64,000 nt of DNA from Squalus acanthias. Taxonomy: Eukaryota. Shown piece after piece: positions 14,281 through 25,848 of this stretch (positions are counted from its first letter, which is position 1; every line of letters starts with the position of its first letter). The notes beneath the pieces are model-generated. The model had not been told where the DNA came from and ran no database searches. It saw only the letters and a program-made list of their open reading frames with translations. The stretch spans positions 45,820,001 to 45,884,000 of the forward strand of contig CM059432.1 of assembly GCA_030390025.1 (NCBI GenBank), read 5' to 3'. The position numbers and the translations under genes are program-made.

Positions 14281-15530
14281 ATGGCGAACATTTATTTCCT
14301 TTCCTCCTGGACATCAGATGAGGACGAACATCAGCCGCAGCAGCAGCAGAACCCTGAACACCAGCAGCACCAACTGCAGGAGCAACAGCAGCAGCTCCAA
14401 GCTGCTGCTCACCCACCTGAAGCTGCACAGGCCAGAGGGCGCAGCGCATGGAAGCACGTCGGCGCAGGAGATACCCCCAAAACAGGGTCTACAGACAGAG
14501 GATCAGCTACCTCAGCATAACTGAGCAGCAGTGCCAAAGGTGGCTCCGACTTTCACGAGAGATAGTGGGTGACATCTGCGCAATGCTGCAGCAAGAGCTG
14601 GAGCCCAGAGGAGCAGCTGGACACCCCTTACCAGTGCCCGTCAAAGTCACCACCGCACTCAACTTTTTTGCCTCAGGCTCATTCCAGGGATCAGCAGCAG
14701 ACATCAGCAGCATCTCCCAGGCGGCCGCACACACTTGTATCACGCAGGTAACCGATGCCCTCTTTGCCATCGTGCACAATCACATCCATTTCTCCAAGGA
14801 TCAAGCCAGTGTAAATGCGCGGGCGGTTGGGTTTGACAATCTGGCAGGCTTTCCAAGGGTGCAGGGCGTCGTTGACTGCACACATGTGGACCTTAAGGCA
14901 CCCCATCACAATCGAGGTATTTTTGTCAACCGCAAGGGCTTCCACTCCCTCAACGTACAGCTGGTGTGTGACCACAAGAAGGAAATTTTGCATGTTTGCG
15001 CCAAGTACCCTAGCAGTTACCATGACTCCTTCATCCTGCGCCAGTCTAGTGTGCCTCCACTCTTCAGTCTGCCAGACCAACATCACGGATGGCTACTTGG
15101 AGACAAGGGATATCCCCTGAAGACGTGGCTAATGACGCCGTTTAGGAGCCCATCCAACGAAGCTGAGGAGAGCTACAACTCGAGCCACATTTCCACCAGA
15201 TCCATAATCAAGCAAACCATCGGCTTGCTGAAGATGCACTTCAGATGCCTGGATAGATCAGGTGGAGCCCTGCAGTACTCAGCAGCCAGGGTCTCCAGAA
15301 TCGTCGTGGCTTGCTGTTCCCTTCACAACATGGCACAGCGTCGTGGCTTGCAGATTCCTGAGGACCAAGTGGCTCGTCACATATCCTCCTCAGATGAGGA
15401 GGAGGAGGATGAGGAGGAGGAGGGTGAAAACGCTCATCTTGCAGAGGCGCATCAACCAGCGGCAGCAGTACGCGAGAACATTGCTGCCCGGGATGCAAGG
15501 AACGCACTCATCTTGGCCAGATTTGCTTAG
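14281..15530 (+). pseudogene. Harbinger (HARBI1-like, DDE_Tnp_4) transposase, probably inactive
   Basis: [31 protein letters not shown]; the third catalytic position reads IIKQTIG, whereas the copy at ~38770 reads VIEQTIG; probable frameshift near 14445 between ATG 14281 and ORF 14448-15530. Confidence 0.88.
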
Positions 15531-15787
15531 CCTAGCCAATCAAGCACTTTTGCCTCGCAGCTTCTTACCAGAGCATCGACAATGGCCAAGAACCAGCGGA
15601 ATCCTAGCATTCTGACCACCATACTGACAATTGCAAGTCATCCTAAGTCCTCAATGTGGAAGTCCCATTAGCGATATGACACACGCCACAACTGCAACAG
15701 TTGCCATCAGAATTTTTATTTACAGTCACCAACTGATGGCTTTTCAACATTAAACATCACATTTCACCCAAGTGACTACCCTTGTGA

Positions 15788-17796
15788 CTATTTGTGCAGT
15801 ATCCTTCTCTTACACGTGCTCCTACGTGGTGGTTCCCCCTTGGCATCAGCAGATGTGGAGGCCCCTTGCTCACTTTCTTGCTGCTCCTGTCTCAACACCT
15901 TTGGCGGGCATCCTCTGGAGTTGCGAGCCTGTGAGGGCTCAGCAACAGTCTGCTGCTCCTGCGGTTGTGCAGGGGTTGAGATGCTGATCTCAGTTGGGTG
16001 GAGACTCTGGTGGGGCTCTGACCGAGGGCTTTGCAGTGGCATGGTCGTGTGAGCACTTGGAGAGGAGCCCCCACTTCCTTGTTCTCTGCCACCAACATTC
16101 CTCTCATGGGTCAGCCCCACCTCAGAACCAGCAAGTGGCTTGACAGCACCTTGCAGCACTTCAGGGGGGCCATGAGGACCCGGTTCTGTACTGGAAGTCC
16201 TACTCCTGAGGACTTGCATGAAGGTCTGGTTTGTATGCTCAATAGCTGACCATCGCTCCTCAAGAGATGTCATTCTATTCTGAACAATTACCATGTTTTC
16301 CATACCCTGGCGACTAAGCTCCTCCATGGACGTAGCCACCCTCTCTTCTACCGTAGCCATCCTCTCCTCTACGGTAGCCAGCCTCACCATGGAGGTAGCC
16401 ATCCCTTCCACGGAGGTTGCCATCCTTTCCGTGGTGATGCGTTCATGCGCCAAGGCCTCCACAAAGGCTCTGCTCATGTTCGCGATGGACTCCTCCATTC
16501 GCTCCACACTCGCAGCGACCCTGGAGACAAAACCTGCCAGAGACTCCTGCATCTGTTCCTGGAGTTCCAGCACCGCTGATCTTGTGGATGGACCCAGAGG
16601 CAGAGGGTCGACATGCAGCTGAGCCGAGCTGGGAGAGTCCTGCGCCCTCCGCCTAGGACTCTCCACTGCTGTCTCTGTCTCCACCATCTGCTGATGCTCA
16701 CTTGTGAGCTGTAATACACCAGGTGACAACACTACTCTATCTTGCGATGGTCCCACCGAGGTGTGAGTGTCTGCGCTGGTGCTGTGTTGGCTGAATTCTG
16801 CTGATGCTGCGCCCTCAGAGGTTGCAGCTTCCTCTGAGGAGTCTGGAGGCTCAGGCTGGTCCTCCTGGATAGTGGGGACGGATGCTTGCGATGGTCCTGT
16901 GGGGGAGTAAAGGAAAGAGTCAGAGATGTGAGGCCAAGGTTACATGCACAGTGCATATTGCAGATGGTCAGAAGTCCATCTGTTAGAGCTTCAGAATCAT
17001 TATCAGCGACTCATGCAATGTCAATGAGAGAGATGAAAAACTCTTCTGTCACCAGCTTGCTCTGATGCACCCGTCTGTCCGTCCCCCACTTGCGCATCGT
17101 CCTCGACTCCCACGATCTCCAGGGCCGCCTCCTCCCAAGGGGTGAGGTGGGCTACTGAGGGTGGCCCTCCTCCTGTCCTTGCTCTTTCCCTCTTATTGTG
17201 AGCTCTCTTTTCCTGCAATGAGGGAGACAAGTGGAGTTTGAGTGAGAATGAAGGAGTGAGTGTAGAGAATCCATAGCATAGATGCTCAGAAGGAGTCAAA
17301 GATGGAGTGAGGTGACAGGACCAAGGGCCCTCCCTGTGTGTTGTAAGTTGTTTTCATAGCATCACAGTGATAGGGAGTGTGAGGGCTGCATAGTCGAATA
17401 TTTAGGTGAATGTGAACATACAGAGAGAGGGATTGGGTAAGGGTGCAGGGATGTCAGTGTCAAGTGGGATGTGGAAGAAGAGGTTGCTAAAGCTGAGTGC
17501 TGGTGAGGAGAGGCAATGGGAATCAGATTGAGGGTGATGGGGAAAGTCATACTCACTTTTCCATTTTGCAGAAGGTCATGAAACCTCTTCCTGCACTGAA
17601 GCCAGGTTCTGCGGATCAGCGACAACGAGTTGACCTCCTGTGCCACCTGGACCCACACAGCCTTCGTCTGCTGGGGAGGCTTCTTCCTCCCTGAAGAAGG
17701 GAAGAGCACCTCCTTATTAACTCTTGCTCCCTCCACCAAAGCTTGCAGGGCGACGTCATCAAATCTGGGAGCAGACTTAGGTCTCCTGCTGCTCAT
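15788..17796 (-). CDS. Harbinger Myb/SANT-like DNA-binding protein, 3 exons (17796-17557, 17212-17053, 16896-15788), about 502 aa
   Basis: Exon 1 RFDDVALQALVEG..W..VAQEVN..RTWLQCRKRFHDL (Myb/SANT trihelix); GT-AG introns (gtgagt, ttgcag, gtgaca, ccacag) join in frame with ORF 15788-16756; 21-bp heptad repeat suggests a coiled coil; AATAAA on minus at ~15715. Confidence 0.85.
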
Positions 17797-18080
17797 TTTG
17801 CCTCCAGGTCCCTCTCACAGCAAAGGACAAAAGGTTGGCAGTCTGCAGAAGAAGCAAGTCTTCTTGCAGACCTTAAATGCAGCAGCAATGATGACGTCAT
17901 CGGAGGTGACTTTCAGACTGAAAAAACTAATTGGGCCATGGGTTCCCACACGCTGGAACTCAAGTGCCCAATTAGGGGAAAATCGAATAATTCTCCCACC
18001 TCGACTTGGAGTCGGGTGGCTAACATGAAAAGCGGATTACACGACCCCAGCCCGCCCTAATGACAAAATCCAGCCCATAG

Positions 18081-18307
18081 AGTCACACACCATCCTGACT
18101 TGGAAGTATATCGCCGTTCCTTCTTCGTTGCTGGGTCAAAATCCTGGAACTTCCTCCCTAACAACACTGTGGGAGTACCTTCACCACATGGACAGCAGCG
18201 GTTCAAGAAGGCGCCTCACCACCACCTTCTCAAGGGCAACTAGGGATGGTCAATAAATGCTGGCCTTGCCAGCGACGCCAACATCCCATGAACGAATTTT
18301 AAAAAAA
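18081..18307 (+). mobile_element. 3' end of LINE family B (CR1/L2 group)
   Basis: caccaccaccttctcaagggcaactagggatggtcaataaatgctggcc..A-rich tail; the same tail occurs at 43425-43560. Confidence 0.7.
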
Positions 18308-18850
18308 CGACCTCTGGCTGTTCACCCTCCCCCCTCAGAATGTTCTGCAGCCACTCAGTGACATCCTTGGCCCTGGCACCAGGCAGGCAACATACCATCT
18401 TGGACTCACGTCTGCGGCTGCAGAAACGCCTGTCTGTTCCCATAACTATCGAATCTCCTATCACTAATGCTTTCCCAATCTTCCTCCTCCCCCCCTGTAC
18501 AGCTGAGCCACCCGTGGTGCCATGGATTTGGCTCTGGCTGTACTCCCCAGAGGAACCATCGCCCTCATTGAATACTGAATACTGGTTGGAGAGCGAGATG
18601 CACTCAGGGGATTCCTGCACTACCTGCCTGGTCCTCCTTGTCTGTCTGACGGTCACCCATTCCCTCTCTGCCTGCATACTCTTACGCTGCGGGGTGACCA
18701 CCTCCTGAAACGTGCTATCCACGTAGCTGTCTGCCTCACGGATGCACCGCAGTGACGCCAGCTGCTGCTCAAGCTCTGAAATCTGGAGCTTGAGCTCCTC
18801 CTGCTGACGACACTTCCAGCACATGTGGTTCTCCAGGACATGGGGAGCGT
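18308..18850 (-). mobile_element. CR1 ORF1 fragment (zinc finger/coiled coil and SGNH esterase)
   Basis: HMCWKC..ELEQQL..VIGDSIVMGTDRRFC..VCCLPGA. Confidence 0.85.
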
Positions 18851-18852
18851 TC

Positions 18853-20931
18853 TTAATGTCAAGGGCAGTCACTCTCACCTCACCTCTGGAATTCAGCTCC
18901 TTTGTCCATGTTTGGACCCAGGCTGTAATGAGGTCTGGAGCCGAGTGATCCTGGCAGAACCCAAACTGAGCATCGGTGACCAGGTCATTGGTGAGTAAGT
19001 GCCGCTTGATAGCACTGTTTGACGACACCTTCCATCACTTTGCTGATGATTGAGAGTAGGCTGCTGGATAGTAATTGGCCGGGTTGGATTTGTCCTGCTT
19101 TTTGTGAACAGGACATACCTGGGCAGTTTTCCACATTGTCGGATAGATGCCAGTGTTGTAGCTGTACTGGAACAGCTTGGCTAGAGGTGCGGCTAGTTCT
19201 GGACCACAAGTCTTCAGCACAAGAGCCGGGATGTTGTTGGGACCCATAGCCTTTGCTGTATACAGTGCACTCAGCCATTTCTTGATATTTCGTGGAGTGA
19301 ATTGAATTGGCTGTAGACTGGCTTCTGTGATGGTGGGGATTTCAGGAGGAGGCCAAGATGGATCATCCACTCAGCACTTCTGGCTGAAGTTGGTTGCAAA
19401 CGCTTCAGCCTTGTCATTTGCACTCGTGTGCTGGGCTCCGCCATCATTGAGGATGGGGATATTCATGGAGCCTCCTCCTCCCGTTAGTTGTTTCATTGTC
19501 CACTACCATTCACAACGGGATGTGGCAGGACTGCAGAGCTTTGATCTAATCAGTTGGTTGTGGGATCACTTAGCTCTTTTGCTTCCACTGTTTAGCACAT
19601 ATGTAGTCCTATGTTGCAGCTTCCCCAGGTTGGCACCTAATTTTTAGGTACACCTGGTGCTGCTCCTGGCATGCTCTTCTACACTCCTTACTAAACCAGG
19701 GTTAGTCCCCTGGCTTGATGGTAATGGTAGAGTGAGGGATATGCCAGGCCATGAGGTTACAGATTGTGGTGGAATACAATTCTGCTGCTGCTGATGGCCC
19801 ACAGCGCCTCATGGATGCCCAGTTTTGAGCTGCTAGATCTGTTCTGAATCTATCCCATTTAGCACGGTGTTAGTGCCACACAACACGACGGAGGAGTGCC
19901 CTCAGTTTGAAGACAGGACTTCGTCTCCACAAGGACAGTGCAGTGGTCCCTGCTACCAATGCTGTCATGGACAGATGTATCTACGACAGGTATGTTGGTG
20001 AGGACGAGGCCAAATAGGTTTTTCCTTCGTGTTGGTTCTCTCACCACTGGCAGCTATGTCCTTCAGGACTCGGCCAGCTCGGTCAGTAGTGGTGCTACCA
20101 AGCCACTCTTGGTGATGGACATTGAAGTCCCCCACCCAGAGTACATTCTGTGCCCTTGCTACCCTCAGTGCTTCTTCCAAGTGGTGTTCCACATTGGAGG
20201 AGTACTGATTCATCAGCTGAGGGAGGACGGTAGGTGGTAATCAGCAGGAGGTTTTCTTGCCCATGCTTGATCTGAAGCCATGAGACTTCATGGGGTCCGG
20301 AGTCACTGTTGAGGACTTCCAGGACCACTCCCTCCCGACTGTATACCACTGTGCTGCCACCTCTGGTGGGTCTGTCCTGCCGGTGGGACAGGACATACCC
20401 AGGGATGGCGATGGAGGAGTTTGGGACATTGTCTGAAAGGTATGATTCTGTGAGTATGACTATGTCAGGCTGTTGCTTGACTAGCCTGTGGGACAGCTCT
20501 CCCAATTTTGGCACAGGTCCCTAGATGTTAGTGAGGAGGACTTTGCAGGGTTGACTGGGATGGGTGTGCCATTGTCGTTTCCGAAGCCAGTGCCTAGGTC
20601 GATGCCAGGTGGTCCATCCGGCTTTATTCTTTTTCGTAGCAGTTTGGTACAACTGAATGGCTTGCTAGGCCATTTCAGAGGGCAATGGGTCTGGATAAGG
20701 ACGGCAGATTTCCTTCCCTAAAGGACTTTAGTGAACCAAATAGGTTTTTATGACAATCTGGTAGTTTCATGGTCACTTTTACTGATACAAGCTTTCTATT
20801 CCAGATTTATTTAATTAACTGAATTTAAATTCCTCAGCTGCTGTGATGGGATTTGAACTCATGCCTCTGGATCATTAGTCCAGGTCGCTGGATTATTGTC
20901 TAGTAGCATAACCACTATGCTACCATACCCC
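18853..20931 (-). mobile_element. LINE family B, 5' portion: tRNA-like head, short UTR, EN and start of RT; degraded
   Basis: PDIVILTESYL, WVGDFNVH, FGFCQDHS, VTALDIK; head at 20931-20845 with A box TGGTAGCATAGTGG and B box GAGTTCAAATCC. Confidence 0.88.
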
Positions 20932-21055
20932 TGTCTCAAAGCCTTTTACATGACAGAAAGATGGACGCCAAGCAAGAAATGGAGGGATTTAAGTTAGGGA
21001 AGACCATAGGTACTGCCAGAGAAATTGTTTTTTAGGAACCAGTTTAAAGCCAAGC

Positions 21056-21231
21056 AGGTAAATATTTATGTTCATTGCATGGGCGATAATCCAGCAGAGC
21101 AGATTGCCTGCCCATATATAGAACCTGTCCGATTTACTTATCATTAAAATCAATGGGATGAAAGTTGGCCCCGTTCTATAATGGAAAGGCACCAGGTTAT
21201 CGTCCATGCAGTGAAGACGAAAATTTAACCC
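21056..21231. mobile_element. Palindromic MITE, about 175 bp
   Basis: Left arm ggtaaatatttatgttcattgcatgggcgataatcc pairs with right arm ggttatcgtccatgcagtgaagacgaaaatttaacc; inner tatagaac/gttctata. Confidence 0.75.
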
Positions 21232-21273
21232 AATGGAGCTCTTAAAGACCCATTGCTTGCCTCAAAGTGGAGT

Positions 21274-22984
21274 TGTAAGGGGTTGTGTCGTGCTTGTATC
21301 GCAGACGGTGCTGGTGCGAGGTTAGGCCTTCGTTGCCTAAAGCTATTGCTTGCTCTGGTCTCCGGCCAGCCTCGTTGCAATAAGCACCTGTGAGTGGTTC
21401 GACCCACTCGCCCTTATGGTTCTGACACTGGACTTAGGTGCGAGAGCAGTAATGCAGAGAAAAACTCAAATAGACCCGGTTGAATAGTACGAAATGGAAA
21501 TCTTTATTGCATAGCATCCAAAATCATGAAGTACATGTCATAGGCGCAAATTAACGATAGTACAAGTATACATACATTCATAAAGCTTGGTCTACGGTAA
21601 TGAAGAACGCACGGCACATCGTAAAAAGGGGAACACATTATTCTTTATCCTTAATAAAACCACCCTCCCTTATCAATACCTACACTACATCTAGATTTGT
21701 AGGATCGTGAAACATGCTCACCACTCGTGATACTTCGGAGAATTTAAAAGTGAGGCACTCGGCTCGTTTCGCTGCAGCGCCTGACTGTCACGTGTTTTGA
21801 GGGGTCTCTGTACCCCACTTGTTTATCTTCGCTGCTGCGACAAGCAGGCCGGGCTCCCCGTTGTCATGAAGAACTCGACAGACATCGGGCCCGGCTGTAG
21901 AACTCAAAGAAAAGTCTTCCTGTACCGACACCAGTTGTCGATAGAATTCGAAGAAGAGTCTTTGACCAGTTCGTGGAGTAACCTGTAAAGTTCAAGAAAT
22001 GGGTTGTATATATTCGGGCGCGGTCGGGGTTTACTGACCGCGGCGGCACGTGGATTCTTCTTCTTCTTCTTCTCGTCTCGTCTGGTCTCTTCAGGCCTTC
22101 GGGTCCGGACACCGTTTACCGACCCTTGGGATGGTGCACCCGGTCACTTGCCCTCGTTGAGGCGACTCATTCCGTTTGAGCTCCACCCAACATAGTCAAC
22201 AGAGTCCAGAGAAAACACAGAAGCTCCCCAGTCAAGCCAGTCCATAAAACGGCAAGCGAATAAGAGAATAAGAGCCCGGAGAAATAAGAGGCCGAATCAG
22301 GAGCAAAAGAGTTCAGCAGTCAGCAGCAAGACAAGAGACCGATGGACATTTTTTTACTATAGTTATAGTGCTGTGTCCCCTTATCTCCCGCCCAAATCTT
22401 AATGTTTGTCCTTTGTGAAATATTGGCGCTTAAAACTCCCAGCATGGGGCGATTCTTGTCTTTAATGGGTTTTGGTAGCACCTGAAACTGGCCAACTACC
22501 CGTTAATGTTTTCCCCTTTGTTGGCCCAGCCGGGATCGTATGAATCGTCTCCCTGACTGGTTTTGGGGGCCCCCGAATACTTGTTTAATCACCCGAGAAT
22601 GGCTCTCTCATTGTAGAGCCGTGGGGGTATTTGTGTATTGATGTGTTTAGATGGGCCTCCGATTGCCCAATACAATGGTCCTTACTTGTGCATGGAAAAC
22701 GATTCCAGCACTTATATCTTTGCTATTGTTTCAAATGCAAACAGGTTGCATCCTGTCTTTATCGGTGCTTATCGAGTATGATCCAGTCTTATATTGAAAT
22801 GTTTATTCGAACGCCATCTTGTCTGCCCACTGAAATTCTGGAAGCTTCTGCCACGATGCGCGGCGGCCATTTTACAGGCTTCAGTGTCCTTTATAATCAT
22901 GACAGCATTTTGTTTAAATAAACTGATCAAACGAATCTGCTTCTCTTTCGTTATTTTGAATCGCGATAATTGCGAAACTTTACA
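21274..22984 (-). mobile_element. Long solo LTR (1711 bp) with 4-bp TSD GAGT
   Basis: TGTAAG...TTTACA termini; GAGT at 21270-21273 and 22985-22988; AATAAA on minus at 21503-21508; first 11 bp TGTAAGGGGTT shared with the LTR at 51891. Confidence 0.78.
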
Positions 22985-23569
22985 GAGTGCTTTCCTTTGG
23001 TCGAAGCTTCAATATGTCAAGGGCAAATCGGGAGAACTTCCCCTTTTGAGGAAGAAGTATTGGATGTTTTAATGCAGGAGGTATAGCAAAGGAAAGGAAA
23101 CCTCCCTTTCTGTCAACACCCAGCAGTAGCCCGCTGCATGTGTGGGAGCTCACAGTGAGTGCGCAATGAGGATCAAACCCAGAAGATATAGAGGAACAGC
23201 TGGTCGAAGCAGTTGGCAGAATGCCCTTCATCACACCTTTCCTGTCCCAGAGACGTTTACATCAGAAAAACCACCCTTATAATTATAGTTGTAACTGAAG
23301 CATTATATCTTCCATGTTTGTCACTCATTTTCAATCCTGGGTGCTCAGTATGAAACTATCTGCTTTATGTTTTTAAGTCATTTGAGATGCTCTACCATTC
23401 TAGCAGTGTTACTGGCAGCAGTGGAATACAATAATAAAAGAATTTGTGATACCAATTACCTACTATGTGAACTCGCAAATAATCACTTGCTATATAATAA
23501 AATCCTTCAGTAATTCACTTCATGTTTTTGACTGGAATTTTCATATGTTTTTACAGAATTTAAGACATT

Positions 23570-24317
23570 AGGAGTAAAAATTTGTTCACGACCATTTTGG
23601 GTCGCTAACATCGCCTGGGCGCTAAATTTAGCGCTCGGCGAAAAATAGTGCCGGCGATCGCTAACTTCAGTTTTAGTGCCCCAAGAGGGAGGTGGAGTGC
23701 TAATTCAAGCACTCCACTTCCTTCTTAGAGCGCTAACCTTGAATATCAGGGTGGTGCGTTCTACAGCGCTACGCACTGGGCCACGAAACGCTGCCGCATG
23801 GAAGGGCTCTTCCCCTCATTAAAGGGGAGGGCCCAAGCCCACAACTCTGCGGGGCCCTACCTGGACCACCGGGGAGCGGAGTGCCGTGCCAGCAGCCTGG
23901 CACTCAAGAGGAGTGCCAGGCTGCCAGATTGCGGCACGGACCCCATTCAAAGACGCGACGAGCAACAGTAAGTCAGCCGATTTTTTTCCCCCGCCTGCCC
24001 CCTCCCCTTTAATTAGCGCCCCGCGAGCCTCCTTCTGTTTCGTTCCTGCCCCCTGAATCGGTCGCTGTCATCGCCCGGTGCAGATTCAGGGGGCAATGGC
24101 CAGTTTTGCAGGCGGGGCAAAAACGGGGCACTGCGCACGGTGATGATGTCGTCATCGCCTGCGCAGTGGTGCGGGGCGCTACTGGTTACTGCCACCGCTA
24201 AACTCCTGCTGAATTTAGCGGGAGTTGTTAGCAGCGCCCTGCCCGGGCGAAAAGTCATTTGCACCCCGTTAATGCCCCCTGCTAACGAGTGGCGCAAATG
24301 CATCGAATTTCTAGCCC
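23570..24317. mobile_element. GC-rich Harbinger-type MITE
   Basis: Right end gaatttctagccc; diverged left end ggagtaaaaatttg; CpG-rich body in AT-rich context. Confidence 0.6.
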
Positions 24318-25431
24318 TATGATATTCATATGCGTAAATGTAACATTTGATAACCTGTGAATTCTGTGGCATTTTATTCTTCAATTGCTTGGAAAAGCCA
24401 TAAAGTCGTTGAGAATCATAAACAAATTTGATTTCCCTTCTGAGAGAGAGAGCATTGATCTAAATCATTCTAATCGGCATGGGGCTGCCAGTGCTACACT
24501 TACTTTTCAAAGTGCAAAGATCCTTTTCAGCACTTTTTAGTTTCATTGCAACTAGTCTGTCAGTTTCTACACTTTAGCTGAATACATTATTTGTTTAAGA
24601 AGAGAGGAGTTGAAAAGGCATAACGTAAGTTAAAGTACACAATGAGAAAAGGTAATGTGGCCAAACTAGATTGTCCCTTACATATACAGTATAGAATTTG
24701 CCCCATGACAAATTCTACTATGCTTATTTCCTGAGGGGAAGCTCAGCAAAAATTCTTTCCGCCAAATGTAATTGAGAGAATCTACCAAATATCTATCTTA
24801 TCTTACAACCTGCAATTTACTTCTCGGAACAGATCAATTTGCATTTATAAATGTAGAAAAGACATTCTATAGAGCTGGGGAGGAAGGACAAAAATAATCA
24901 ATAAAGGGGATAAAGGACTGGACACCAAGCTATGGTGGAAGACTTAGGAGAGGTGATTGAAAACTGGATAGAAAAGCTCCTAAACACAGCTTCACAGTCA
25001 ATGGTCCCAGGAGTTCAGGGACCTTATTTTAAAAGAATGGATCAGCACACCACTAAATGCTTTTGTTATGATTCTGTTTCACATATTCACTAATACAGAG
25101 AAAAGCATTTTCTATCGAATCTCTAGTGTTGTTTGAGGCTTATTCATTTTGCTTTCTAATTCAATATTCACTCAGGGAAGTCAGGATGGTTTTAGAAGTA
25201 ATAGGTCATGCCTTACAACCCCAATGGAATTCTTTGAGGAGCTAACTAAACTTATAGACAAAGCTAATCCAGTAGATGTATTTACTTGGATTTTCAAAGG
25301 ATGTTTGACAAAGTTTCTCATGCAAGACTAGTAGGGAATATTAAAGCTCATGGAACAGAGGACAAATTGTCCCGATTGATTGAGAATTGGCTTAGCAACA
25401 GAACATCTGGTGCTGAATGCAAAGTATTCTG

Positions 25432-25848
25432 GCTCTGAAAATTCATGACCCTTCCAATGCACACCCATTGGAACTTCAGTGGGAGTCTGCTGGAGGGGCT
25501 GTATGTTATGCTGGAGCTGGACGTGGCAGGTGCCGGCCTAATGTGAAAGTTCCCAATTGGCATTGTGGAGGCAGAGCCTCCGCCCACTCCAAACAAGGCC
25601 CTCAGCGTAAGACGGTCAGACCCAGAGGGGGGGGGACTCCTTACCTTGGGATTCCCATTTTCCCAGCTTTCAGAGGGACCTGGCCTTGGGCCAGTGGAGG
25701 TATACCTGGTAATGCCATGCATGCCTACCTGCCAAATGGCAATCTAGGGATCATCTGGAGGTTTAGGCTAGGATCATGGCTTAGATCTGTGAAGAGGAAC
25801 CTTTAAAAAAAATGTTTTGCACGCCCCCACCTCAAGAAATTTCAGGGC
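25432..25848. mobile_element. Harbinger-type MITE next to a decayed CR1 RT fragment (~25170-25415)
   Basis: TIR pair gctctgaaaattc / gaaatttcagggc. Confidence 0.55.

Larger units (their letters stand above)
13830..18076. mobile_element. Near-complete PIF/Harbinger transposon with convergent transposase and Myb/SANT genes; left ~85 bp including the TIR missing
   Basis: Right TIR aaaatccagccc at 18065-18076 followed by ATA; both ends match the TIR-bounded derivative at 57275-57949. Confidence 0.9.

Noticed and set aside
18240..19028. 262-aa ORF as a novel RT-esterase fusion
   Set aside because: Chance read-through across adjacent LINE B RT and CR1 ORF1 fragments
20845..20931. tRNA gene
   Set aside because: A and B boxes are present but I could not fold a proper cloverleaf; it is the head of a retroelement
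23274..23281. CCCTTATA as the alternative end of the long solo LTR
   Set aside because: No matching TSD there, whereas the end at 22984 gives a perfect GAGT duplication
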